This document shows positions 37,787 to 47,116 of a stretch of DNA of 64,000 nucleotides, piece by piece. Every line of letters starts with the position of its first letter. Position 1 is the first letter of the stretch. The notes under the pieces were generated by a model. The model worked only from the letters and a program-made list of their open reading frames with translations, was not told where the DNA came from and ran no database searches. Position numbers and translations under genes: made by a program. The DNA comes from an uncultured Thermodesulfatator sp. (lineage in GTDB: Bacteria; Desulfobacterota; Dissulfuribacteria; Dissulfuribacterales; QOAL01), in the NCBI GenBank assembly GCA_964581255.1, contig CAZOMT010000002.1, forward strand, positions 8,775-72,774, given 5' to 3'.

Positions 37787-38968
37787 TTAAGCCGGATTGT
37801 GAACAGACTCAAAGGCCTTTGCTATCTTTTCAATCTGTTGGATCGAGTGAGCGGCACTTAGGCTGCATCTTAAAAGAGCGGTTCCGTCAGGTGTGGCTGG
37901 CGGCAACACCATATTCACATATACTCCCCTTTCCAGGAGACCGTTCCAGATCCTGAATGCCTCATCTACCTGCTCACACCTTACAGGAATAATAGGGCTT
38001 GCCTCTGGCCCAACCTTGAACCCAAGCTCCTTCAACCTCCCGTATAGGGCAAAGGCGTTTTCCCAGAGCCTTTGCCGCAACTGAGGTTCTGAACGAATTA
38101 TGGCAAGGGCAGCCTTTGCTGCGGCTATGTTTGCAGGAGATGAAGAAGCAGTGAAGACATAGGGCCTGCTGGCGAAACGAATAATTTCCAGTTCTTCATG
38201 ATTGCTTGTGCAAAAGCCACCAACTGAACCAAGGCTTTTACTAAAGGTCCCCACCACAAAGTCCACAGCATCCTCGACCCCGGCTTCCTCTGCCAGCCCT
38301 CTGCCCCTTTCTCCAAGGACTCCCAGGGAATGGGCCTCGTCCACCAAGAGGTAGGCACCATATTCTGCCTTCAGGGCCGCAATCTCTTTAAGGGGTGCCC
38401 TATCACCCAGCATACTATAGAGACCTTCCACCACAATGAGGACATCCCCATCCTGCTGTTTCATTCTCTTCAACCGTTTTTCCAGATCATTCACGTCGTT
38501 GTGGCGAAACCGGAATACTTGAACACCGCCAAGACGGCAGCCGTCATAGATGCTGGCATGGCAATCTGCATCAAGCAGTACCACGTCCCTGGGACCCACT
38601 ATGGTGGAAAGCATGGCCAGGTTGGCGCTGTAACCCGTGGTGAATACGATGGTCCTTGACCTGCCGAAAAATTCCGAAAGGTCTTGTTCCAGTGCTACAT
38701 GGGACGAATATGTCCCATTGGCCATCCTGGAACCTGTAGTGCCTGTTCCTTCATGTTCAATTGCCTTGCAAGCAGCCTCAATACATTCATGCCTGAGGGG
38801 CAGGCCCAGGTAATTGTTGGTCCCAGCCAGGATGACCCTGTTGCCATTTATAACCGCTTCTGTACTGGACAAAAGCTCCTCAATAACAATGTCAAAAAAT
38901 GCGCTGCACTGTTCCTCAATCGTCCTTATGGAAGAAGAGATCTTTTCAAACTTGTCAAAAAGCCCCAT
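37787..38968 (-). CDS. spt: alpha-oxoamine synthase, serine palmitoyltransferase-like
   Basis: NNYLGL, GTGTTGSRMANGT, DADCHASIYDGC, RFRHND and the PLP-lysine block GTFSKSLGSVGGF. This matches my recollection of Sphingomonas SPT better than BioF or Kbl. Confidence 0.7.
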   Translation of the reverse strand: MGLFDKFEKISSSIRTIEEQCSAFFDIVIEELLSSTEAVINGNRVILAGTNNYLGLPLRHECIEAACKAIEHEGTGTTGSRMANGTYSSHVALEQDLSEFFGRSRTIVFTTGYSANLAMLSTIVGPRDVVLLDADCHASIYDGCRLGGVQVFRFRHNDVNDLEKRLKRMKQQDGDVLIVVEGLYSMLGDRAPLKEIAALKAEYGAYLLVDEAHSLGVLGERGRGLAEEAGVEDAVDFVVGTFSKSLGSVGGFCTSNHEELEIIRFASRPYVFTASSSPANIAAAKAALAIIRSEPQLRQRLWENAFALYGRLKELGFKVGPEASPIIPVRCEQVDEAFRIWNGLLERGVYVNMVLPPATPDGTALLRCSLSAAHSIQQIEKIAKAFESVHNPA

Positions 38969-38973
38969 CTATC

Positions 38974-39219
38974 TCAAGCCTCGGTAAGCTTCTGTACCTG
39001 GATAGCGAGATCTTCAACAGTGCGTACCTCTGAAAGGACATTTATGGGGATTGAAAGATCAAAGGCATCTTCCAGATTTGCCAAGATTTCCATGGACTTT
39101 AGGGAATCTATGGCCAGGTCACTTTCTATGTCCATTCCAGGTTTTATCTCCACACTGCCAGAAACATATGGCTGAAGTATCTCCACTATCTTTTCCAGTA
39201 TGACCTTATCTGCCTTCAT
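38974..39219 (-). CDS. acp: acyl carrier protein
   Basis: 81 aa, with the phosphopantetheine site DLAIDSLKSMEI (DSL). Confidence 0.85.
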   Translation of the reverse strand: MKADKVILEKIVEILQPYVSGSVEIKPGMDIESDLAIDSLKSMEILANLEDAFDLSIPINVLSEVRTVEDLAIQVQKLTEA

Positions 39220-39316
39220 GAGACATATCCTTATGTTAGCATCCGTCTTGGAAAAGAATGGTTACCCATTGGCCCCATTTTCAAGAAGAGTTGAGAATGC
39301 TAAAAAAATTATTGTT

Positions 39317-40270
39317 TCAAATCAATCTGCTTTTAAGGGCATCTGCCAGGACAATCCTTGGCGCCCAGTTCATATCCTGACAGATTCGGCTATTATCGCA
39401 GACCCAGGCGGGATATGCAAGCTCCCTGGCCTTTCCAGGCGTAAGCATTGGGGGTTTCCTGCGGAATCGGGACACAGCAGCATTTATGTAGCCGGCAGCA
39501 AACAGGAGCCCAAAAGGGATGCGAAGCCTCAATATCCTTTTTTTCAAGACCCGCTCGGCCACTTCTGCTACTTCCTGCCAGGAATATCCCAGCGGAACAC
39601 CATCGTGCAACTCGTAGGTTTTGCAAAAGACCTCATTGCTGGAAAACCAGCAAAAAACAGCCTCTGCGAGATCGTGAACATGAAGTAGAGAGAACCTATT
39701 TTGGCCGTTTCCTAGGCAAGGAACCACTCCCTTGCAAATCCATTCAAGGATGGGACGCATCTGTTTATCGCCAGGGCCATAAACTGCCGGAGGCCTGAAA
39801 ATCGTCCAGGAAAGCCCTTCATGAAACCTTTTCAGGGCCTCTTCACCCCTTTTCTTGCTTAGGGCATAATGGGATAATTCCGGATTTTTCGCCGCAAGGG
39901 ACGAGACAAGAAGAAGGCGTGGCGGCCTTTTATGCCGAGAACAGACCTTTGCAAGGTGGGCCACCGCCTCCTTGTTTATCCTTTCAAAATCCTTCAGGTT
40001 CAGACCCCTCACCAGTCCAGCACAGTGGATAGTGGCGTCTGCCTCCTTTGTGAGCCTTTCAAGGCTAGAGACATCGTCAAGCTCTCCCTTGACCCATTCT
40101 AGCCCAGACTGATGCCAGCATTTGTCTGTTGAGCAGTCTCTGACAAGGGCCTTTACCCTGAAGCCAGCAAGGAGAAATCTTCTGGCCACAGCTCCACCTA
40201 TAAATCCGGTGGCACCAGTAATTGCAATAACTCCTTTAAATTTGGACGGACAGGAAACAAAGCAAGCCAT
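39317..40270 (-). CDS. NAD-dependent epimerase/dehydratase-family (extended SDR) reductase; candidate 3-keto-sphingoid/ceramide reductase
   Basis: ITGATGFIGGAV Rossmann motif and YALSK (YxxxK); 317 aa. Its position downstream of ACP/Spt mirrors the Caulobacter cerR position (recollection). Confidence 0.6.
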   Translation of the reverse strand: MACFVSCPSKFKGVIAITGATGFIGGAVARRFLLAGFRVKALVRDCSTDKCWHQSGLEWVKGELDDVSSLERLTKEADATIHCAGLVRGLNLKDFERINKEAVAHLAKVCSRHKRPPRLLLVSSLAAKNPELSHYALSKKRGEEALKRFHEGLSWTIFRPPAVYGPGDKQMRPILEWICKGVVPCLGNGQNRFSLLHVHDLAEAVFCWFSSNEVFCKTYELHDGVPLGYSWQEVAEVAERVLKKRILRLRIPFGLLFAAGYINAAVSRFRRKPPMLTPGKARELAYPAWVCDNSRICQDMNWAPRIVLADALKSRLI

Positions 40271-40518
40271 AATTCAGTATAACAGGAATATAAAAGATGT
40301 GGAGCTCGCCATTCAAAGGAAAAAAGATGGGATCTTCCGGCAGGTGAGCACCAAAGGCCAGTAAAGTGTTGAAGGCGCACGCAAGTAGCACATAGTTATT
40401 TGGGCCAATCGAATAATTTGACTGGATTTTCTGAACGGGATCTTTCAGCTACTTGAGGAGAAAGAGATGGCAGGAAATAATTTCAGGCCCCCTGGGGATT
40501 GGCTTAAAAAGGCGATGA

Positions 40519-41175
40519 TTATCCTTGATCCAATGTCTTTATGAAGCTATCTGCCTCCTTGATGGAGCGTTCCATATCTTGGATGAGCCTTGTTACATCG
40601 GTTTCGATCCTTGAAAGCTCTACCTTGAGCGATGCTATGGCCCTGGCATTCAAATTGTGCTTGAGGAACAGGACTTCGTCCCTCAATGGCCTTAAGACCG
40701 GTTCTATCTTTGCTTCGGCCCTCTTCATGGCACGGATCAACTGGTTGTAGCGCCTCCTGGTCTGTCTGAGCTTATCTTCACTTGCACGTCTTAAACTGGG
40801 GCTGCTGTATTGATCCAGTTCCTCTTCCCATTCGGCAAAAAGGGCTTCGGCTACGTCCTCAACAGCGGCTATTCTTTCATGGACCTCCTTGGCTTTGTCC
40901 TCCATCCTGTCGAGTTCATCTTTAAGTTCCTGGTATTTTTCCTCCAGCTCCCCGCCGTGAAAATGGACTACACTGCTGAATCTGTCTAAGGCTGAAGCAA
41001 ACTCCTCCTTTGCCTCTTCCTGGGTGTCTCTGGCTGCCTTCACCCGGTCAACCAGGATATCCCTCTTATGGATACCCATCTTTTCCATTGTGTCGTAATA
41101 AACTGTGCTGCAACCAAACAAAAAAACGAAAAGACAGGATGCAAGCAGAAAGTGTTGAAACAGTCCCCTATTCAT
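40519..41175 (-). CDS. DUF2959-like coiled-coil lipoprotein
   Basis: Lipobox LFVFLFGC, followed by MGIHKRDILVDRVKAARDTQEEAKEEF, which resembles the DUF2959 N-terminus; 218 aa. Confidence 0.55.
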   Translation of the reverse strand: MNRGLFQHFLLASCLFVFLFGCSTVYYDTMEKMGIHKRDILVDRVKAARDTQEEAKEEFASALDRFSSVVHFHGGELEEKYQELKDELDRMEDKAKEVHERIAAVEDVAEALFAEWEEELDQYSSPSLRRASEDKLRQTRRRYNQLIRAMKRAEAKIEPVLRPLRDEVLFLKHNLNARAIASLKVELSRIETDVTRLIQDMERSIKEADSFIKTLDQG

Positions 41176-41214
41176 TGATCCCAGCTCCAGACATGGACAA
41201 ATCCAAATGAAGGC

Positions 41215-43014
41215 TCATGGACATCCAACAAACCCTCTTTCAATACAGACCTTTCTTGTGGCACTTCTTGAAGGTTTTCCTGATGTCGTTCTAACCAGGG
41301 TATTTCTTGGCACAACTATTACTTGGCAATCTATCCCCAGCTCTTTGAGCACCAGGCTCCTAAGGGTGCCTCGCAAGGCCTTTTTGGCCTCTTCATCACC
41401 ATTTTTACACTGAATGACCAATACGGCCCGCTCTTTGCCTTTTTCATCCGGGAGGGAAAATGCGCAGGTATCCCCGATCCTCACTTCTTCTAAGGATTCA
41501 GCCAAGTATTCGATATCTTGAGGCCAGATATTTCTGCCATTTATGATAATTAAATCCTTGGAACGCCCTGTTATGACAATGTCTTTGCCTGAAAGATAGG
41601 CAGTATCTCCGGTGTTGAGCCATCCCTCGGCATCCAAGACCTCGCTTGTGGCCTCCTTGTCCCCAAGATACCCTGACATAACACTTGGCCCCCTGAGAAA
41701 AAGGATTCCGCACTTACCATCAGGCACCACCCTTCCAGATGAATCTCGAATCTCTACCTCAAATCCCGGCAAGGGGCATCCACATTTTACAAAGGTCTTG
41801 ACCCTACCATTGGCAGAGGCCTTTTGGGTTTTCAAATGCACTATTTCCTTAAAGGTTGCAAGGCGTTCTGCATCAATGCTGTCTACCTCTATCCCCACGC
41901 CCCTCTTGGCAAAGGCGACGGCCAGGGAACATTCGGCCATGCCATAACAGGACAAAAACGCCCCTGGATCAAAACCACACGGCTTGAGGCGTTTCGCAAA
42001 GCGTTCAAGCAATTCCGGCCGAATCATTTCGGCCCCTACCCCTGCAATTCTCCATGAGCTCAAGTCGTAATTCTGTACGTCACTGTCCCTTAGGCGAAGG
42101 GCTGCCAACTCATATCCGAATGGCGGACTAAACGAAATGGTGGCGCCATTATCCGACATGAGTTTCAGCCATAACCCTGGACGCATGGCAAAATCACTGG
42201 TACTGAAAAAATCCACAGATAGCTGGGAAGCCATAGTAGACAGCACCAGCCCCACTAGCCCCATGTCGTGGTAGAAGGGCAACCAGGAAACAGCCCTGTC
42301 CCCGTTTCTGCAGCTGATGCCATATTCGGTGATGGCATTGAGGTTGCTGAGAACCGCCTTCTGGGTGATCATGACCCCTTTGGGGAACCTGGTGCTTCCA
42401 GAAGTGAACTGGAGATAGGCAAGTTCCCCCTGGCCAAGGGGATCAAGCTGCACGCTGGATTCAGGCAAGGCATAAAAGTCATCAGGCCTTCCAAGGAAAT
42501 CGAGCCGATGCCCTTGTGCCGCCTTTTCAAGATATGGATAAAACTCGTCTGTTGCCACGGCCAGCCTGGCATCACAAATGGCTAAAAGCCTTGACAACTG
42601 ACGAACATAGGCCTCGGCACCGTTCAAGTGCATTACAATGGGAAGTGGCACAGGGATGAGGCCAGCATACTGGCACGCAAAAAAGAACCTTACGAATTCC
42701 GGATGGGTATTTGCTACTATTGCGACCTTCGAACCCCTAGGAATCCTAAAGTATAGCAGCTTTCGTGCAAGTATGCGGGCGTCATGCCTGAGCCTTGAAT
42801 AGGGAATAGAGGCATACAAGTGGCCCCGTCTGGAATAAAAATTATAACCTGTCCGGCCCCTTGCCGCATAATCAAGGGCTTGGGCGAGCGTTGAGAACTC
42901 GCCACGCCTCATGGGTATATTGTTTATACTCGGGGTCGCAACAAGCCTAGAAGTGTCTTCCAGTTTTATTTCACTGCCACAGGAATAGGAGACAACTGCC
43001 TGAGATGATTTCAT
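41215..43014 (-). CDS. fatty acyl-AMP ligase / acyl-ACP synthetase (adenylate-forming)
   Basis: YLQFTSGSTRFPKGVMITQ, GDTAY and GRSKDLIIINGRNIWPQDIE (FAAL-typical); 599 aa. Confidence 0.82.
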   Translation of the reverse strand: MKSSQAVVSYSCGSEIKLEDTSRLVATPSINNIPMRRGEFSTLAQALDYAARGRTGYNFYSRRGHLYASIPYSRLRHDARILARKLLYFRIPRGSKVAIVANTHPEFVRFFFACQYAGLIPVPLPIVMHLNGAEAYVRQLSRLLAICDARLAVATDEFYPYLEKAAQGHRLDFLGRPDDFYALPESSVQLDPLGQGELAYLQFTSGSTRFPKGVMITQKAVLSNLNAITEYGISCRNGDRAVSWLPFYHDMGLVGLVLSTMASQLSVDFFSTSDFAMRPGLWLKLMSDNGATISFSPPFGYELAALRLRDSDVQNYDLSSWRIAGVGAEMIRPELLERFAKRLKPCGFDPGAFLSCYGMAECSLAVAFAKRGVGIEVDSIDAERLATFKEIVHLKTQKASANGRVKTFVKCGCPLPGFEVEIRDSSGRVVPDGKCGILFLRGPSVMSGYLGDKEATSEVLDAEGWLNTGDTAYLSGKDIVITGRSKDLIIINGRNIWPQDIEYLAESLEEVRIGDTCAFSLPDEKGKERAVLVIQCKNGDEEAKKALRGTLRSLVLKELGIDCQVIVVPRNTLVRTTSGKPSRSATRKVCIERGFVGCP

Positions 43015-43584
43015 ATTTATAGATATATACCTTTCAGTGGATAAATTTTCCTTTTAACTTGCTCTAACAAGAAGTTTTTATCATTCTTCAAATCCAGTAA
43101 CGGGCACAAGTGGTCAAAAGAATCTTCTTCTCCTCTAATCACTACTTGAACCCTTCACTTAAGAAGTGCAAATAATTATAAATTCTTTATGTCATGAGGA
43201 TTTGATAGAAAAATCTTGTTTTTTTACTTTATCAATAAGTTTAGATTTAAAATCAAAAAAGGGAAAAGTTGCTATTCTGAATTAAACTAAAATTTATGAT
43301 ATCCTCCTGCTCACTCTCCCCGGAATGCTGCTGGAAACGAAAAGACAGCCTGGATCCCGGGCGGGAAAATAGAAAATCTGAATATGCTGTCACTCTAAAA
43401 ACATGCTTTCGGAAAACAAGCCTTTACAGATTTTTTGATATATTTGGGCAAATATTAATAAATATTAACACGACTAACAAGAATAAAGGCGGTTCTAAAA
43501 CAGAAAAAGCAAAATTTTTTACCCTGTTGTGCTGCCTTGACTCAACAGTTATAAACAATACACCGTAACCATTCTGGCCCTTTT

Positions 43585-44529
43585 ATGAAAACAACACCAC
43601 TTCTTTTGCTTTTGCTCACGACTGTTATCACTGGTCACTCTTTTGGGCCCTGTTATGCTGACACGGAAGGGGCACTTTTGCCAGAAACGCGGTTTATGGC
43701 GAGACCGCCGTGGAAGGAGCTCTATTTTCAGGGAGGCAAAGGTTTTACAAGGATTGCCGCCTCTGTCAGACTCAGGTCTTCGAGGGGTTTTTGCCCTTGT
43801 GATCTTACATGTACCCTCAAAGGCCTGATGCCGTGCCCTCTTGAAGAGGCGAATACAAAAGTCCTTTCAGTAGATACTGCCGTTTCCACCCTTATACCAC
43901 CCCAGGAAGAATATATTCAGCATGTATGGTTCAATAAAAAGAATGGCAAGGCATATCAGCGCATCAGATGGAAAAAGGGGGCCCACGCCTGGATCAAGGC
44001 ATATAAATGGGAAGAAAGAGGCGTAAGGCGCTTGAAACTTCAACCACGTGGCCCCCATGAGATAAACCTCGCTCCTGGCAAATGGACCAGGAAAAAAAGC
44101 TCCTTTTTCCCCTATGCGCAGGATGCCGAAAGTTGCCATGTCATATCGGAGCCAGCGGTTTTATTATATCTCTTGTCTATCATCGATACCAGACAAGTCC
44201 GTTTCCCCTTGGAGTTGTGTGTATTTGGGAAAAAACAACTGCACAGGGTGACCATCCGACTCATGAGACTTAAGCCACTAAAAATCTCCTTTGAATCCTA
44301 TGGGCTACAAGGTGAACATCGCGTGGAAAAGACCATAAGACCAATGGTCTTTTTCATAACCACCCTGCCAGAGGAGAAAAAGAAACGCGAGCCATTTTCA
44401 TTGCTTGGTCTTCGGGAGGATATTTACATCTTTATCGACCCTGAAACGCGCCTACCTGTACGGATCATGGGCAAAACCAAAAGGGCTGGCGACATGGTAC
44501 TGGCGCTCACAGGTGCCTGGATCAGATAA
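43585..44529 (+). CDS. exported hypothetical protein (possibly DUF3108-like)
   Basis: Signal peptide MKTTPLLLLLLTTVITGHSFGPCYA, 314 aa, beta-rich. The C-terminal IDPETRLPVRI..G is reminiscent of DUF3108. The function call is weak. Confidence 0.45.
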   Translation: MKTTPLLLLLLTTVITGHSFGPCYADTEGALLPETRFMARPPWKELYFQGGKGFTRIAASVRLRSSRGFCPCDLTCTLKGLMPCPLEEANTKVLSVDTAVSTLIPPQEEYIQHVWFNKKNGKAYQRIRWKKGAHAWIKAYKWEERGVRRLKLQPRGPHEINLAPGKWTRKKSSFFPYAQDAESCHVISEPAVLLYLLSIIDTRQVRFPLELCVFGKKQLHRVTIRLMRLKPLKISFESYGLQGEHRVEKTIRPMVFFITTLPEEKKKREPFSLLGLREDIYIFIDPETRLPVRIMGKTKRAGDMVLALTGAWIR

Positions 44530-44795
44530 GGCCGCCTGGCAAGGATTGCCTTTTCATACCAAATGTGCACACACTTGAAATATCGGCAATGACTGCCCGC
44601 CATTCTTGCTTCATCCGGCAAAGGAGTCCCATAGGGAAATTGGCCATGAAGGTGGAGATGAACAGAGCAAGATTATTCCAGACCATCTGACATCAAGAAT
44701 TTGGGGCTTAGAGATTCCTGGGCAAGCCCAAGCCTTGTAAACTCTTGGTCCTTTCTTCTATGGCCACAAGTCCTTCATGGAATCCTTGCCACCAA

Positions 44796-45617
44796 TCAAG
44801 CATCCCGTCCATCAGCCGTTCTGGTCGCTATAGTTTCCACAAGCCTCCAGTCCTCCTCGGTATCCACGTCGATGGCTGCTTCGGGAAAAGGCATCAAGAC
44901 AGCCCCAACACTACAACCAAAAACCTTTGATGCACGATCCAACGCCTTGCGAAGGCTCAATGTGCCTGTGAGATACCTTAGGAGCCAATACCAACCAAAA
45001 CCTCCTACCACCTGAAGGGGCTTCTTACGCCTTTCTTCCACCATTTGCCAAAACTCAGCTGCCCTGAAAGCCCTTTTGTTCATGAATCCAAACAGATTGC
45101 AAGAACAAAATACACCGTCTCTGAACCTGTATGAGGTCCTTTTGGCATTGGGATAAGACCTCTTCAACAAATCCATGCTTGCAAGCCCTACCGACAGGTC
45201 GTAACCTGCTTCATCAGCCTTTTCACAGAAAAACCTTACAATTTCCGGCCTGAGAAGCGCATGATCCGCTGTAGTTAGCAGAATCGGGGCCTGGCCGCCT
45301 GCAAGCCTCAAGGCCTTAAGTGCGCTTTGGCTGGGGGAAGGCTCGTTGCGAACCCACTGAATGGAATCTGACCTTATTGCTGTGGCTCCTTCTTCCATCG
45401 TTTGAAAAATGTACTTTTCCGGACCACATAACAAGATACGTTCTATGCACCCGGACCCCCAAAGCCCCTCCACCACCCTTTGAACCATAGGCTTGCCACC
45501 AACAGGGATCAGGGCCTTTATTGGGACATCAAACCTTGCCAGAAGAGGATTCTCCCCCCTTCTTTCGCCAGCAAGGACAATGGCATCGAACATGGTGAAA
45601 CCGCTCTCAATCTTCAT
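44796..45617 (-). CDS. MobA-like NTP-transferase family protein
   Basis: FDAIVLAGERRGENPL...KALIPVGGKPMVQRV (degenerate GxGxR nucleotidyltransferase motif); 273 aa. ATGA overlap with the upstream GNAT-like gene. Confidence 0.6.
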   Translation of the reverse strand: MKIESGFTMFDAIVLAGERRGENPLLARFDVPIKALIPVGGKPMVQRVVEGLWGSGCIERILLCGPEKYIFQTMEEGATAIRSDSIQWVRNEPSPSQSALKALRLAGGQAPILLTTADHALLRPEIVRFFCEKADEAGYDLSVGLASMDLLKRSYPNAKRTSYRFRDGVFCSCNLFGFMNKRAFRAAEFWQMVEERRKKPLQVVGGFGWYWLLRYLTGTLSLRKALDRASKVFGCSVGAVLMPFPEAAIDVDTEEDWRLVETIATRTADGRDA

Positions 45618-46780
45618 TTGGTAGCATCCAGATCACCTGAGATGTCCTTCTCATAGATCCTGTAGACCTTGTATGGCTCAGCTCCCAGGGCCTCTATTAT
45701 CCGCCTCATGGCCACGTTGTCTTCAAGTATCCATGAAAGCTCCAATTCTGAGATGGACGAATCGAGCACTTCCTTCATGATATCTCTTATCAGGCTCAGA
45801 CTTACTGCAGCACCCGCCAGGCTGTCTTGATATTTGGAAAGTACACCCATAAGCAATATACGCCCTGTTTTGAACTTGTGGAATCTGATCCGCCATAAAA
45901 GCCTCATCCATCCAAATGGAAGGAGCCGCCCGTCAAGATCAGATATGATCTCATTGAGATTTGGCAAGACAGCGATGAATCCTGCAGGCTCTCCATTGAT
46001 CTCGGCAATTCGGATAAATTCCTGACGGGCCAGAAAACTCATGCTTTTGCCTATATCATTGTATTCTTCCTTGGTGAATGGAACAAAACCCCAGTTTCCA
46101 GACCAGGCATCATTGAATATCCCAAACATGATATCGAGTTCTCTTTTTAGATCTCTTTTCATCAAGGGCCTGGTCTGAACCTCACCCTTTACACTGCCAA
46201 GTATGTCATGAATTTTTTTTAGGATTTCCGGGACCTTTTTGATGGAATATGCCAAGAGATCCTTTGCCTTGCCATAACCCAACAGTTCTATATTGGGGCC
46301 ATAATATCTCGGCGCGTGCCCCATCATCATGGAAGGTGGGAATTCGAAACCCTTTATCAAAAGGCCGCACTCTTGATTTATTGACAGGTTGAAAGGGCCA
46401 AGGCTTCTTTGCATTCCCTTTTCTTTCAGCCAACCTTCAGCGGTTTCAAAAAGTATCCTGAATATCGAGACGTCCTCCAATGCCTCGAACATACCCCAAA
46501 AGCCTGTCGCATCCTTGTATCGGTCCAGGTATAGGCGGTCTATCTGGGCGCTAATGCGGCCAACTGGCTCCTGCCCCCTATATGCCACCCAAAACCTGCA
46601 ATCTGCATGGGCAAAGTATGGGTTTTTCCTGGAAAGATGCATGCGTCTTTCCAGCACAAGGGGTGAAACCCAGTTGGGATCGTTCTGGTATACAGACCAC
46701 GGCAACTTTATGAATTCATCAAGGGTTGCCTTATCAGTAACCTCTTTGATCTGTAACCCGTTGGGTTGACTCATTGACAC
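45614..46780 (-). CDS. large GNAT-like acyltransferase family protein; candidate bacterial ceramide synthase-type N-acyltransferase
   Basis: 388 aa. N-terminal LPWSVYQNDPNWVSPL, VGRISAQID, and a central FIRIAEINGEPAGFIAVLPN beta-strand pattern of the GNAT fold. The functional assignment is inferred from context. Confidence 0.45.
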   Translation of the reverse strand: MSMSQPNGLQIKEVTDKATLDEFIKLPWSVYQNDPNWVSPLVLERRMHLSRKNPYFAHADCRFWVAYRGQEPVGRISAQIDRLYLDRYKDATGFWGMFEALEDVSIFRILFETAEGWLKEKGMQRSLGPFNLSINQECGLLIKGFEFPPSMMMGHAPRYYGPNIELLGYGKAKDLLAYSIKKVPEILKKIHDILGSVKGEVQTRPLMKRDLKRELDIMFGIFNDAWSGNWGFVPFTKEEYNDIGKSMSFLARQEFIRIAEINGEPAGFIAVLPNLNEIISDLDGRLLPFGWMRLLWRIRFHKFKTGRILLMGVLSKYQDSLAGAAVSLSLIRDIMKEVLDSSISELELSWILEDNVAMRRIIEALGAEPYKVYRIYEKDISGDLDATK

Positions 46781-47116
46781 ACCTTTTGGAACTGCTCATG
46801 ATGATGAAACTTCTATGAAGCACTTCAGGCCACTTTTTAAATTGCCGTTAGTTCGTTAACGTCGTTGCCCGAGAAAATAATCCTTAAAATATCAAATAGA
46901 TATCTGCCATTTATTTTGTCATACACCTAGTTCTTGGATCGAAATTTTCAGAACTTTGGAAGCGGCCTTCAAGCCCAGGCATGATTCCATACCCCCATTC
47001 CACAGGCTCAAAAATGTGCTGCCTTACGAAGAGTTGGACTTTTAATACCAGTGAATCTATATTAATTGCAGATAGATTTAGATGTTAACACCGTTTTGAT
47101 TTTGGGAGCAAGTTTC

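Noticed and set aside
40210-40226. Sigma-54-like element TGGCAC-n-TTGCA on the plus strand.
   Set aside because: The GG-to-GC spacing is 11 nt instead of 10. It lies inside the SDR coding region, where it is simply the complement of the GATGFIGG codons, and no plus-strand gene follows.
43296-43568. 90-aa ORF inside the AT-rich intergenic region.
   Set aside because: Low-complexity Lys/Asn/Ile/Phe-rich translation as expected from AT-rich DNA, no Shine-Dalgarno sequence and no motif. The region is treated as non-coding but flagged in the findings.
44538-44554. Possible intrinsic terminator GGCAA-GGA-TTGCC followed by TTTT after the exported hypothetical gene.
   Set aside because: Only a 5-bp stem with a 3-nt loop and a short T tract, which is too weak to call without folding energies.
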